From sequence record DRR378314_201: DNA of 44,407 nt; one strand, 5' to 3'. The notes beneath the pieces were generated by a model that was not told the DNA's origin, searched no databases, and saw nothing but the letters and a program-made list of their open reading frames with translations. Every line of letters starts with the position of its first letter. Positions within the stretch are counted from its first letter, which is position 1. The translations under genes were made by a program, and so were the position numbers. This document shows, one piece after another, positions 17,215-26,764 of the stretch.

Positions 17215-19629
17215 TTACTTTTTAATATCTATTTTTTCAATAACCACTTTTTTATCATTTTCACCGCTTACTTGAGTAGTCTTTTCGAATGCTTCCAATT
17301 GGGATTTTACTTCCGCCTGGGTTCCTTTGAAGGTTTTTTCCTCAGTAGTGGTTTCACCATTTACCGTAGTGCTATAAGTAATTACAGCCTGTGCCAAATC
17401 TGCTGATTCCACATTCAATTCAATCTGCACATCTTGCTCCACTACCCCTGTTTCCATATGTCCTCCCAATATTGGGGCGATTACCAATCCAATTAAACAG
17501 GTAAGTTTTATAAGAATATTCATTGAAGGTCCGGAAGTATCCTTAAATGGATCTCCTACGGTATCCCCTGTTACTGCCGCTTTATGGGCATCAGACCCCT
17601 TGTAGGTCATTTCACCATTAATTTCCACTCCAGCCTCGAAAGATTTTTTAGCGTTATCCCAAGCACCACCGGCATTGTTTTGGAATATGGCCCAAAGCAC
17701 CCCAGAAACGGTAACACCGGCCATATAACCTCCCAACATTTCGGCGATCAATTGATTATCACTTCCATAAACCAATTTTCCCAAAAGCACAATAGCAATT
17801 GGAAAACCTATGGTAAGTATACCAGGCAACATCATTTCACGTAGTGCAGCCTTGGTAGAAATATCCACACACTTGGCATAATCAGGCTTACCTGTACCTG
17901 CCATTATCCCTGGAATTTCCTTAAATTGTCTACGTACTTCATAAACCATATCCATAGCGGCCTTACCAACAGAATTCATAGCCAAGGCGGAAAAAACAAC
18001 TGGAATCATACCACCTACGAACAACATGGCCAATACCGGGGCTTTAAAAATGTTGATTCCGTCGATTCCCGTAAAGGTTACATAAGCTGCGAATAATGCC
18101 AAGGAAGTCAATGCAGCAGAGGCAATAGCAAATCCTTTTCCAGTAGCTGCCGTTGTATTTCCTACGGAATCCAATATATCCGTACGTTCCCTTACAATTG
18201 GATCCTGCTCGCTCATTTCTGCAATACCTCCTGCGTTATCGGAAATAGGTCCGAACGCATCAATTGCCAACTGCATGGCCGTAGTTGCCATCATTGCAGA
18301 AGCGGCCAATGCCACTCCATAAAAACCGGCAAAGGCGTAAGAAGACCAAATGGCAGCAGCGAACAAAAGAACCGTTGGAAAGGTAGAGATCATACCTGTT
18401 GCCAATCCGGCAATTACGTTGGTTCCCGCACCAGTACTTGATTTTTGAACTATGGCCAATACCGGCTTTGTTCCCAGACCTGTATAATATTCGGTAACGG
18501 AGGAGATAACTCCACCAACAACCAAACCTACAACCGTGGCATAAAACACCCTTATAGATGAAATATCCTTTAAACCTTCACCAAAAAACTCCATTTGCAT
18601 GGTTTCTGGCAACATATATTTCACCAAAACAAAACAGGCAATCAGGGTCAACGCAATAGAAACCCAGTTTCCTACGTTCAAGGCACCTTGTACTTCTTTT
18701 TCCTTAGCCTCATTGTTTTTTATTTTCACCAACATGGTACCAATAATCGAAAATATAATTCCGAAACCGGCAATTGCCATGGGCAATAAAATTGGCCCTA
18801 TTCCACCAAAGGCGTCCTGAATTGCACCTCCCATATCCTTAATAACATAATTCCCAAGGACCATGGCCGCCAATACGGTAGCTACATATGATCCAAATAA
18901 ATCGGCTCCCATACCTGCAACATCACCCACATTATCCCCCACGTTGTCGGCAATGGTGGCCGGATTACGGGGATCATCTTCAGGAATACCCGCTTCTACC
19001 TTTCCAACCAAATCAGCCCCAACATCGGCAGCCTTAGTATAGATACCTCCACCAACTCTTGCAAACAAGGCAATGGATTCCGCTCCAAGGGAAAAACCGG
19101 CCAATGTTTCAAGAACAATAGTCATGTCCTCTGTAGAAGTCCAAGCACCGTTCATAAAAAAGTGAAACAATAGAATAAAAGCCGTAGTCAGACCCAATAC
19201 GGCCAGACCTGCAACACCAAGTCCCATTACGGTACCACCTCCAAAAGACACCTTTAATGCCTGTGGTAAACTGGTACGGGCAGCCTGCGTGGTCCTAACA
19301 TTTGTTTTTGTGGCAATTTTCATTCCCATATTCCCCGCCAATGCAGAAAAGAATGCGCCAAAAATAAAAGCTACTACAATTAGTATATGGGTAGTAGGCA
19401 CTATAAAAGAAATTGCGGCCAATGCAACACTGGCCCCTATAACGAAAAATGTCAATAATTTATACTCTGCTTTTAGAAAAGCCAAGGCCCCTTCATAGAT
19501 ATAATCTGAAATTTCTTTCATTTTACCGTCCCCGGCATTTTGTTTTAATACCCAAGACCTTTTTACCGCCATAAAAGCAAGACCTACCAATGCCATAATT
19601 ACTGGCAAGTAAATAATTATTGATTCCAT
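17215..19629 (-). CDS. hppA: membrane-bound ion-translocating pyrophosphatase, K+-dependent type
   Basis: [44 protein letters not shown] and [14 protein letters not shown]. Confidence 0.96.
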   Translation of the reverse strand: MESIIIYLPVIMALVGLAFMAVKRSWVLKQNAGDGKMKEISDYIYEGALAFLKAEYKLLTFFVIGASVALAAISFIVPTTHILIVVAFIFGAFFSALAGNMGMKIATKTNVRTTQAARTSLPQALKVSFGGGTVMGLGVAGLAVLGLTTAFILLFHFFMNGAWTSTEDMTIVLETLAGFSLGAESIALFARVGGGIYTKAADVGADLVGKVEAGIPEDDPRNPATIADNVGDNVGDVAGMGADLFGSYVATVLAAMVLGNYVIKDMGGAIQDAFGGIGPILLPMAIAGFGIIFSIIGTMLVKIKNNEAKEKEVQGALNVGNWVSIALTLIACFVLVKYMLPETMQMEFFGEGLKDISSIRVFYATVVGLVVGGVISSVTEYYTGLGTKPVLAIVQKSSTGAGTNVIAGLATGMISTFPTVLLFAAAIWSSYAFAGFYGVALAASAMMATTAMQLAIDAFGPISDNAGGIAEMSEQDPIVRERTDILDSVGNTTAATGKGFAIASAALTSLALFAAYVTFTGIDGINIFKAPVLAMLFVGGMIPVVFSALAMNSVGKAAMDMVYEVRRQFKEIPGIMAGTGKPDYAKCVDISTKAALREMMLPGILTIGFPIAIVLLGKLVYGSDNQLIAEMLGGYMAGVTVSGVLWAIFQNNAGGAWDNAKKSFEAGVEINGEMTYKGSDAHKAAVTGDTVGDPFKDTSGPSMNILIKLTCLIGLVIAPILGGHMETGVVEQDVQIELNVESADLAQAVITYSTTVNGETTTEEKTFKGTQAEVKSQLEAFEKTTQVSGENDKKVVIEKIDIKK

Positions 19630-19661
19630 TTGTTTGATTGTTTGTTATATATTTTGAGGGG

Positions 19662-19669
19662 CAAAAGTA
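19662..19669 (-). promoter_or_regulatory. -7 promoter box of hppA
   Basis: TACTTTTG on the minus strand, between the ppa terminator and the hppA ATG. Confidence 0.55.
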
Positions 19670-19686
19670 GTAAAATATGGCAGAAT

Positions 19687-19722
19687 AAAAAAAGCAATAT
19701 TACTTCCGCAATATTGCTTTTT
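19687..19722 (-). terminator. intrinsic terminator downstream of ppa
   Basis: AAAAAGCAATATT/AATATTGCTTTTT inverted repeat with an 8-nt loop. Confidence 0.7.
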
Positions 19723-19743
19723 AACTTTTTAAAAAATTAAGAC

Positions 19744-20274
19744 TTAATACTTTATACTTACATCTTGTTTTGGCACGTCGCTATCCTTAAACCTCTGTAT
19801 ACATTTTGCCACAATTTCCCTAGCTTCCTGTTGCTCTCCCCAGCCACCAACATCAACTTTTTTCTTTTCAAGATCTTTGTAAACTTTAAAGAAATGTTCA
19901 ATTTCCTTTATTAAATGGGGATTTAATTCGCTTAGATCATTGATCTTATTCCAGATCGGATCGGATACGGGCACACAGATCACCTTTTCATCGGGTCCTT
20001 TTTCATCGGTCATATGAAATACGCCAATAGGCTTTACCTCCATTACACAACCGGGAAATGTTGCTTCGGTCACCAACACAAGGACATCCAACGGATCGCC
20101 ATCCAATGCCAAGGTTTCCGGGACAAACCCATAATCGGCCGGATACATCATGGATGAAAAAATCATCCTATCGTACCTTATCTTCTTTAGGGCAAAATCG
20201 TATTCATATTTGTTTCTACTACCCTTTGGTATTTCGATCAATACATCGAACGACGTAATATCTTCACTGCTCAT
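19744..20274 (-). CDS. ppa: soluble inorganic pyrophosphatase, family I
   Basis: EIPKGSRNKYE, YPADYG, DGDPLD and FFKVYKDLE. Confidence 0.96.
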   Translation of the reverse strand: MSSEDITSFDVLIEIPKGSRNKYEYDFALKKIRYDRMIFSSMMYPADYGFVPETLALDGDPLDVLVLVTEATFPGCVMEVKPIGVFHMTDEKGPDEKVICVPVSDPIWNKINDLSELNPHLIKEIEHFFKVYKDLEKKKVDVGGWGEQQEAREIVAKCIQRFKDSDVPKQDVSIKY

Positions 20275-20344
20275 ATGGTTATGTTTAAACTTATAATTTT
20301 TCTAAAATAACAAATTAATATCAGGTAGCGGTCAAAAAAGTATA

Positions 20345-22840
20345 TCAGAAATGAAATCCGAAAGACCCAGTTACCCCAAAAGACCTTGCACCAAGGTTTT
20401 CCAAATAATTTCCCCTAAAATTAAAATCTATCCTTAAAATCTTTAATATATTCCCCACTCCTACCGAATACTCCCAATATATCTTATCATTTGGAGCTAT
20501 TAAAGGAATATTTGCCGGAGCGCTCAAGGCCCTGTTTTCATCCGAAAGTTCTCCCCAGACTCCTCTTAGGCCAATTATTTCCCTCAGGTTCCATTTTCTC
20601 ATAAAGGGAATCCTGGAAAAAAACCTTCCATTAAAATTGTGTTCCAAATGTGCCGAAACATAAGTATCGGTAACGAATTCATAAAAATCGAGATTCGAGA
20701 AAGTATTGTAAACAGAGAAAAATGTTTGATTTCCCGGAATGGCATTAAGCAATCCCAGTGGAACCTCTCCAAAGGTCTTCCCTGTCTCCACTGTACTTAG
20801 TAACCTGCCAAGACCACCCACCTGCCAAGGCTGTGTATAGCTGAACTGAACCTTTTTATAATCGAAATCACTATCCAAGAAATTTTTAACTCCATTGGTA
20901 TAGGACAAAAACAAGGTACTGTAGTTATCGTTTACATCACGCCTTTCCACGCCGTTTCCTATGGTTTTCTTTCCCGGGGTATATATAAGAATGGTAGAAA
21001 GGTCAAATTGATTAATTTCCGACGATATCCCTGTAGGCGCGGAAGGATCTATATAATCCAAGCTAAAAGCATCGGGCAAGGCAGAACTGAGTGTCCTATA
21101 GGACCCGCCTACTCCTATCCTAAGGTTAGTGACCGGTTCCAGCTCCAGATTAAAAGTTGTAAGATCTATATTGGTAAGGCGGTCATTGGAACCAACGGTA
21201 AACACGGAAGAAGAGGCTATACTCCTTCCCAGCACATCAGTAGTAGCCGTTAAACTAATCCCCAATTGTTCTATATCCCTTCTTTTACCACCTGAAATTA
21301 TAAACCGAGATTTTTTGTCCACCAGCCATTTTCCGGAAATCCCATATTTAAACTTATCGTCTCCAAACCCATAAGCCAGATAACCCTGCAATCGCCACGG
21401 ATCATTTTGCCCAAAATAAGTCCGGGCCCCTGCCCTTAGTCGGACACCCTCCGCTTCATTATAGCCAAAAATACTGTACACATCCCCCAGGTCCAAATTC
21501 CATTTATCTATTTCCACATATCCGGATCCCAGGATACTTACTATGTTATAGTAACTTTTAAACTTGGGCACTGTCTTTAAGGTATCCAACAATTTATAAA
21601 TCCCTTTTTCATCAGCATTTAAGGACTCCAATCTATTGGCTTCCCAAAAGTCATCTTCCTTATTCAAGACCAAAGGGTCAAATGGGTCGGTTTTGGCCTT
21701 ATAAAATTCATTGGGTTTGGGTTGATCAAATTTATAATCCCCGTAGACCGTAGTCCTCTTGCCATATACCCCTCTTGAATTTTCCTTTTTATTAAAGCTA
21801 AAATCAGACAACATATAATCCCGGGTCAAAAGAAAAACCGAATCATTGACCACATCGAACTCCTGTTCAATATAAATTTCCTTTACCCAGTTGATATTGG
21901 CACTTTTGGTGACGGCCAAATTTATATTCTTCACCGCATAGGTGGAATCGTTCACCCAAAAATCCCCTTTAAACGTAAGTTCATTTTTTCGCCTGGGATA
22001 ATAAATAATATTATAACACCATTTATTATCTATAAAGGCACTATCCGCCAAGACATAATTGTAGGTATCCACACCTGTCTTAGACAATGGACTGGTAAAA
22101 CTCTTGTCGAAAAATTTTAAATAATTGTTGTAAATATCGTAGTCAGAATAAAGATCCTCAATAAAGGCAATTATAGCCTGATTATTGCTGAAACCAGAGT
22201 TCTTGCTCCCCAAAACATCTTCCTTTACCACGGCTGTCTCATTATTGCCATAGACCTTGGAAAAAGTTTCGTTCAAAAAAATGGGCAAATAGGTCTTCCC
22301 TGTTATCCGCGAAGTATCCAAATCGTTGAAAACAAATTCCAACCCCCTAAAAACCCTACTCTTCATTAGGGCACTATCTATAGTATTTAGATCGAACTCT
22401 ACTTTCTCATACTTGTCAAACTGATATTGTTTAAACATATGAACCCCGTTCTTACGCTTTTTGGCCCATATTTTTTTAAGTATATCTATCGCCGGATTAT
22501 TTTTTTTGTCGGTTTTGCCAAAATATACCACCACCTCATCCAACTGTTCGCTGGACTCTGTGAGTACAACATTCATGTTATAGGTAACCTTAGTGGTAAG
22601 AGTTATTTCCTTGGTTTCGTATCCAATAAAAGACACCAATAAAGTAGTATAGGTATTCTCCGATTCCATATAAAACCTACCATTGTCATTGGTTATGGTA
22701 CCTTCTGAAGAATCCTTGAACAGAACATTGGCAAATGAAACGGGTTCACCCGACTCATCCACTACAATACCCCCAACCTTGGTCTGGGAAACAGAGTATT
22801 GAACAATAAATAGAAATAAGATTAAAAGGATTCTTGTCAT
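20345..22840 (-). CDS. outer-membrane protein, DUF5686 plus carboxypeptidase-regulatory-like domain
   Basis: Signal peptide, VSFIGYETK domain, KKNNPAIDI..YEKVEFD, YNEAEGVRLR, barrel-type C-terminus ending in Phe; domain name from recall. Confidence 0.75.
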   Translation of the reverse strand: MTRILLILFLFIVQYSVSQTKVGGIVVDESGEPVSFANVLFKDSSEGTITNDNGRFYMESENTYTTLLVSFIGYETKEITLTTKVTYNMNVVLTESSEQLDEVVVYFGKTDKKNNPAIDILKKIWAKKRKNGVHMFKQYQFDKYEKVEFDLNTIDSALMKSRVFRGLEFVFNDLDTSRITGKTYLPIFLNETFSKVYGNNETAVVKEDVLGSKNSGFSNNQAIIAFIEDLYSDYDIYNNYLKFFDKSFTSPLSKTGVDTYNYVLADSAFIDNKWCYNIIYYPRRKNELTFKGDFWVNDSTYAVKNINLAVTKSANINWVKEIYIEQEFDVVNDSVFLLTRDYMLSDFSFNKKENSRGVYGKRTTVYGDYKFDQPKPNEFYKAKTDPFDPLVLNKEDDFWEANRLESLNADEKGIYKLLDTLKTVPKFKSYYNIVSILGSGYVEIDKWNLDLGDVYSIFGYNEAEGVRLRAGARTYFGQNDPWRLQGYLAYGFGDDKFKYGISGKWLVDKKSRFIISGGKRRDIEQLGISLTATTDVLGRSIASSSVFTVGSNDRLTNIDLTTFNLELEPVTNLRIGVGGSYRTLSSALPDAFSLDYIDPSAPTGISSEINQFDLSTILIYTPGKKTIGNGVERRDVNDNYSTLFLSYTNGVKNFLDSDFDYKKVQFSYTQPWQVGGLGRLLSTVETGKTFGEVPLGLLNAIPGNQTFFSVYNTFSNLDFYEFVTDTYVSAHLEHNFNGRFFSRIPFMRKWNLREIIGLRGVWGELSDENRALSAPANIPLIAPNDKIYWEYSVGVGNILKILRIDFNFRGNYLENLGARSFGVTGSFGFHF

Positions 22841-22954
22841 TTTCTCATTTAAAAAGACTTCTAATAAAAAAGCACCTCTCCATTATAGCAAGGAACCGAA
22901 CGTATAGACGTAACCAAAAGTCCATACTTACCCTTTTAATTAGATTTATAATAT

Positions 22955-22986
22955 AAAAGCTCCGTTAACCCAAAGTCAACGAAGCC
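22955..22986 (-). terminator. intrinsic terminator downstream of pdhB
   Basis: Minus strand GCTTCGTTGAC-TTTGG-GTTAACGGAGC-TTTT, 11-bp stem with G-U pairs. Confidence 0.65.
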
Positions 22987-23010
22987 ATAACATCATTTCT
23001 CAGATATGTA

Positions 23011-23991
23011 TTATAATTTGTACATAACCTTCTTTACCGCCTTAACAACATCCTCATGATTAGGCAACCATTCTGCCAATAGCACTGGGGAATATGGTGC
23101 GGGGGTATCGGCCGTATTGATCTTGACGATCGGAGCATCCAAATAATCGAATGCGTTGGACTGAACATGATAGGTAATCTCAGTAGCCACATTGCCAAAA
23201 GGCCAAGCCTCTTCCAAAATAACCAATCTATTGGTTTTCTTTACCGATTTTAAAACCGCCTCGTAATCCAATGGCTTAACCGTACGTAAATCAATAATTT
23301 CTACACTAATATTTTCCTTGGCCAATTCGTCGGCCGCTTTATCCGCTTCCTTAATTATTTTACCAAAGGAAACAATGGTGACATCCGTACCTTCCCTCCT
23401 AATATCGGCAACACCTAATGGGATGGTAAAATCTCCTTCGGGCACTTCGCCTTTATCGCCGTACATTTGTTCCGACTCCATAAATATAACCGGATCATTA
23501 TCACGTATAGATGCTTTTAAAAGACCCTTGGCATCCCTTGGATTGGAAGGAACCACCACTTTTAGCCCAGGGCAGTTGGCATACCAACTTTCAAAAGCTT
23601 GGGAATGTGTTGCTGCCAATTGACCCGCAGAGGCAGTTGGACCGCGAAAAACAATAGGACAATTAAACTGGCCTCCGGACATTTGTCTGATCTTAGCTGC
23701 GTTATTGATAATTTGATCAATACCTACCAATGCGAAATTGAAAGTCATAAATTCTATAATGGGTCTATTCCCGATCATAGCCGACCCTACACCAATACCG
23801 GCAAAACCAAGCTCGGATATAGGGGTATCTATTACCCTTTCAGGTCCAAATTCATCCAACATTCCTTTGGAAGCCTTATAGGCTCCATTGTATTCAGCAA
23901 CTTCCTCACCCATTAAATAAATGGTCTCATCCCTCCTCATCTCCTCGGACATTGCCTCCTGTATAGCCTCCCTAAACTGTAGTGTTTTCAT
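23011..23991 (-). CDS. pdhB: pyruvate dehydrogenase E1 beta subunit
   Basis: GEEVAEYNGAYK, DTPISE, EFMTFNF, HSQAFESW and AFDYLDAP. Confidence 0.95.
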   Translation of the reverse strand: MKTLQFREAIQEAMSEEMRRDETIYLMGEEVAEYNGAYKASKGMLDEFGPERVIDTPISELGFAGIGVGSAMIGNRPIIEFMTFNFALVGIDQIINNAAKIRQMSGGQFNCPIVFRGPTASAGQLAATHSQAFESWYANCPGLKVVVPSNPRDAKGLLKASIRDNDPVIFMESEQMYGDKGEVPEGDFTIPLGVADIRREGTDVTIVSFGKIIKEADKAADELAKENISVEIIDLRTVKPLDYEAVLKSVKKTNRLVILEEAWPFGNVATEITYHVQSNAFDYLDAPIVKINTADTPAPYSPVLLAEWLPNHEDVVKAVKKVMYKL

Positions 23992-24090
23992 CTTTAAAAT
24001 GGAATCTTTATGTTAAAATGCTTAAAGCGCTAGCAAAAGTAGGAAATAATATATCAAAACTAAGAAGTTAATAATTAAAAATACCTCAAA

Positions 24091-24116
24091 AAAATACTAT
24101 GCATGCATAGTATTTT
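24091..24116. promoter_or_regulatory. perfect 26-bp palindrome, candidate operator in the pdhB/etfB divergent region
   Basis: AAAATACTATGCA|TGCATAGTATTTT, with no loop, located between divergent start codons. Confidence 0.7.
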
Positions 24117-24177
24117 AAAAAATTATTGAGTATCTTAGCCACCATTTCTTAATTAACGGTCAACAAAATATTAATAT

Positions 24178-24924
24178 ATGAAAATTTTAGTATGTCTAAG
24201 TAATGTCCCGGACACCACTTCAAAAATAAACTTCACGGATGGCGACACCAAATTTGACACCAATGGGGTTCAATTTGTAATTAATCCCAATGATGAATTT
24301 GGTCTGACACGTGCCATGTGGTTCAAAGAAAAACAAGGCGCCACTGTGCATGTAGCCACTGTGGGCGAGGCCAGCACCGAACCGACCATTAGAAAAGCGC
24401 TCGCCATAGGCGCAGATGAAGCAATACGTGTAAACGCAGTTCCCGTAGATGGCTTTTTTGTTGCCGAGCAGTTGGCAGAAATTGTTAAAAACGGAGAATA
24501 CGACCTAGTAATCGCCGGGCGGGAATCCATTGATTACAATGGTGGCATGGTACCTGGTATTCTGGCCACCTTATTGGGCATGAACTTCGTTAACACCTGT
24601 ATAAGTTTGGAAATTGACGGAAACAATGCCACCGCTACTAGGGAGATCGATGGTGGAAAGGAAAAAATAGCAACTACTTTGCCATTGATAATAGGGGGAC
24701 AAAAAGGACTTGTTGCGGAGAGCGACCTACGAATTCCGAACATGAGGGGTATCATGATGGCGCGCCAGAAGAAATTAAATGTAGTTGAACCCACTTCTTC
24801 CAATAGTGCAACTGCCGATGTTAAGTTCGAAAAACCTGAGCCAAAAGGCAAGGTTACATTGGTGGATGCCGATAATATAGACGAATTGATCAATTTATTG
24901 CACAATGAGGCGAAGGTTATCTAA
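24178..24924 (+). CDS. etfB: electron transfer flavoprotein beta subunit
   Basis: MKILVC..VPDT, ALAIGAD, GRESIDYNGG and RIPNMRGIMMA. Confidence 0.95.
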   Translation: MKILVCLSNVPDTTSKINFTDGDTKFDTNGVQFVINPNDEFGLTRAMWFKEKQGATVHVATVGEASTEPTIRKALAIGADEAIRVNAVPVDGFFVAEQLAEIVKNGEYDLVIAGRESIDYNGGMVPGILATLLGMNFVNTCISLEIDGNNATATREIDGGKEKIATTLPLIIGGQKGLVAESDLRIPNMRGIMMARQKKLNVVEPTSSNSATADVKFEKPEPKGKVTLVDADNIDELINLLHNEAKVI

Positions 24925-25051
24925 AAGATCTTCCTGCCGTAGGACAGCATCCTTTAAAAGCAATGATTTTATCAATCCAAAAGAAAATAACTTATAGCGC
25001 CCATTACTATGTTTCCTTGGAACAGGGCACTTATTAAAAAACATTAACTCT

Positions 25052-26020
25052 ATGTCAGTTTTAGTATATACAGAATCCGAAAACGGGAAATTTAAAAAGA
25101 ATGCCCATGAGGTTGCCTCCTACGCCTATGAGGTAGCAAAGCAATTGGGAACCACGGCTACGGCCATTGCCATAAATGCCAGTAAGGCCGAAGAGCTGGG
25201 AGACTTTGGAATTTCCAAAGTGTTGAATGTTTCCAATGACCAATTGAAAACCTTTAACGCAAAAGCTTTTGCCCAGGTAATTGGGCAAGCGGCAGAAAAG
25301 GAAACCGCCAAAGTCATAATTCTCAGTTCCAGTGCGGACACTAAATTCTTAGCGCCAATCCTAACTGCACAATTAAAGGCAGGCTATGTACCCAATGTGG
25401 TATCTGCCCCGGAAAGTACCAGCCCGTTCAAGGTAAAAAGAACAGTCTTTAGCAATAAGGGTTTTGCCATTACCGAAATTAGTTCTGAAATTAAAATTGT
25501 TGGCGTTTCCAATAATGCTTTTGGGAGTGCAGAAAACAAAACTACTGCCGCTGTTGAAAGTTATGAACCCAACCTTGGGGACGATTCCTTTACCACCAAA
25601 TCTATAGAAATAGATAAGGTAGTTGGAAAAGCCACTATTGCCGATGCCGATATTGTAGTTTCTGGAGGACGTGGTTTAAAAGGACCTGAAAACTGGGGAA
25701 TGATAGAAGAATTGGCAGAAGTATTGGGAGCCGCAACAGCATGCTCCAAACCTGTCTCCGATCTAGGCTGGAGACCTCACGGGGAGCACGTTGGACAGAC
25801 CGGAAAACCGGTAGCAAGTAATCTATACATAGCCATAGGCATCTCCGGGGCAATTCAACATTTGGCAGGAGTTAGTTCCTCCAAGGTAAAAGTGGTGATC
25901 AATACAGACCCGGAAGCCCCATTTTTCAAAGCTGCCGACTATGGTATAGTTGGCGATGCTTTTGAAGTGGTCCCCAAGCTAATCGAAAAATTAAAGGAAT
26001 TTAAGGCGCAAAACGCTTAA
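25052..26020 (+). CDS. etfA: electron transfer flavoprotein alpha subunit
   Basis: VVSGGRG, VGQTGK, LYIAIGISGAIQHLAG and INTDPEAPFF. Confidence 0.96.
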   Translation: MSVLVYTESENGKFKKNAHEVASYAYEVAKQLGTTATAIAINASKAEELGDFGISKVLNVSNDQLKTFNAKAFAQVIGQAAEKETAKVIILSSSADTKFLAPILTAQLKAGYVPNVVSAPESTSPFKVKRTVFSNKGFAITEISSEIKIVGVSNNAFGSAENKTTAAVESYEPNLGDDSFTTKSIEIDKVVGKATIADADIVVSGGRGLKGPENWGMIEELAEVLGAATACSKPVSDLGWRPHGEHVGQTGKPVASNLYIAIGISGAIQHLAGVSSSKVKVVINTDPEAPFFKAADYGIVGDAFEVVPKLIEKLKEFKAQNA

Positions 26021-26042
26021 TTTTTGTTAAATTGTGCCCCTT

Positions 26043-26095
26043 AAAGGGCTGCTCAAACATACTTGGCCTGTCCTGTATTTTGAACAGCCTTTTTT
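26043..26095 (+). terminator. long hairpin with U-tract downstream of etfA
   Basis: GGCTG-C-TCAAA-C-ATAC pairs with GTAT-TTTGA-A-CAGCC and is followed by TTTTTT. Confidence 0.6.
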
Positions 26096-26110
26096 AGTTG
26101 ATAAATTTCT

Positions 26111-26740
26111 ATGAGTTTAGTTAGATTAAAAATAAAGGGGATTTCCTATAGCCAAACGCAAAATGGCGCGTATGCCCTTATATTGAATGAAGTTGATGGT
26201 GACCGAAAACTACCTATTGTTATAGGAGCGTTTGAAGCCCAGTCCATAGCCATTGCCTTGGAGAAGGAAATTAAGCCTCCAAGACCACTGACCCATGATC
26301 TTTTTAAGAATTTTGCCGATCGCTTCGATATTGTAATCAAGCAAGTCATCATCCACAAATTGGTTGATGGGGTTTTCTATTCCAGTATTATTTGTGAACG
26401 TGATAAAATAGAGGAGATCATAGATGCCAGGACCAGTGATGCAATTGCTCTGGCCCTAAGGTTCAATGCCCCTATTTTCACTTACAAGACCATATTGGAC
26501 AAAGCGGGTATATTCCTTAAATTTTCTTCAAAAGAAAAGGACAAGGAAGATTCTGACGACAGTATAATGGTCGATGAAATTCTTCAGGAAGGAGAAACCG
26601 TAGAAATAAATCCAGGTGCTTCCGAAGCTTACAAAGAACTCAGTATCGAGGAATTATATGCCGAGCTGGACAAGGCCGTTGCCAGCGAAGATTATGAGAA
26701 GGCGGCAAAACTCAGGGACGAAATCTCCAAACGTAAATAG
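26111..26740 (+). CDS. bifunctional nuclease family (DUF151) protein with C-terminal UVR domain
   Basis: LPIVIGAFEA, RPLTHDL, DARTSDAIALA and EDYEKAAKLRD. Confidence 0.9.
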   Translation: MSLVRLKIKGISYSQTQNGAYALILNEVDGDRKLPIVIGAFEAQSIAIALEKEIKPPRPLTHDLFKNFADRFDIVIKQVIIHKLVDGVFYSSIICERDKIEEIIDARTSDAIALALRFNAPIFTYKTILDKAGIFLKFSSKEKDKEDSDDSIMVDEILQEGETVEINPGASEAYKELSIEELYAELDKAVASEDYEKAAKLRDEISKRK

Positions 26741-26764
26741 TTTAGGAATAAATAAGATTACTGG

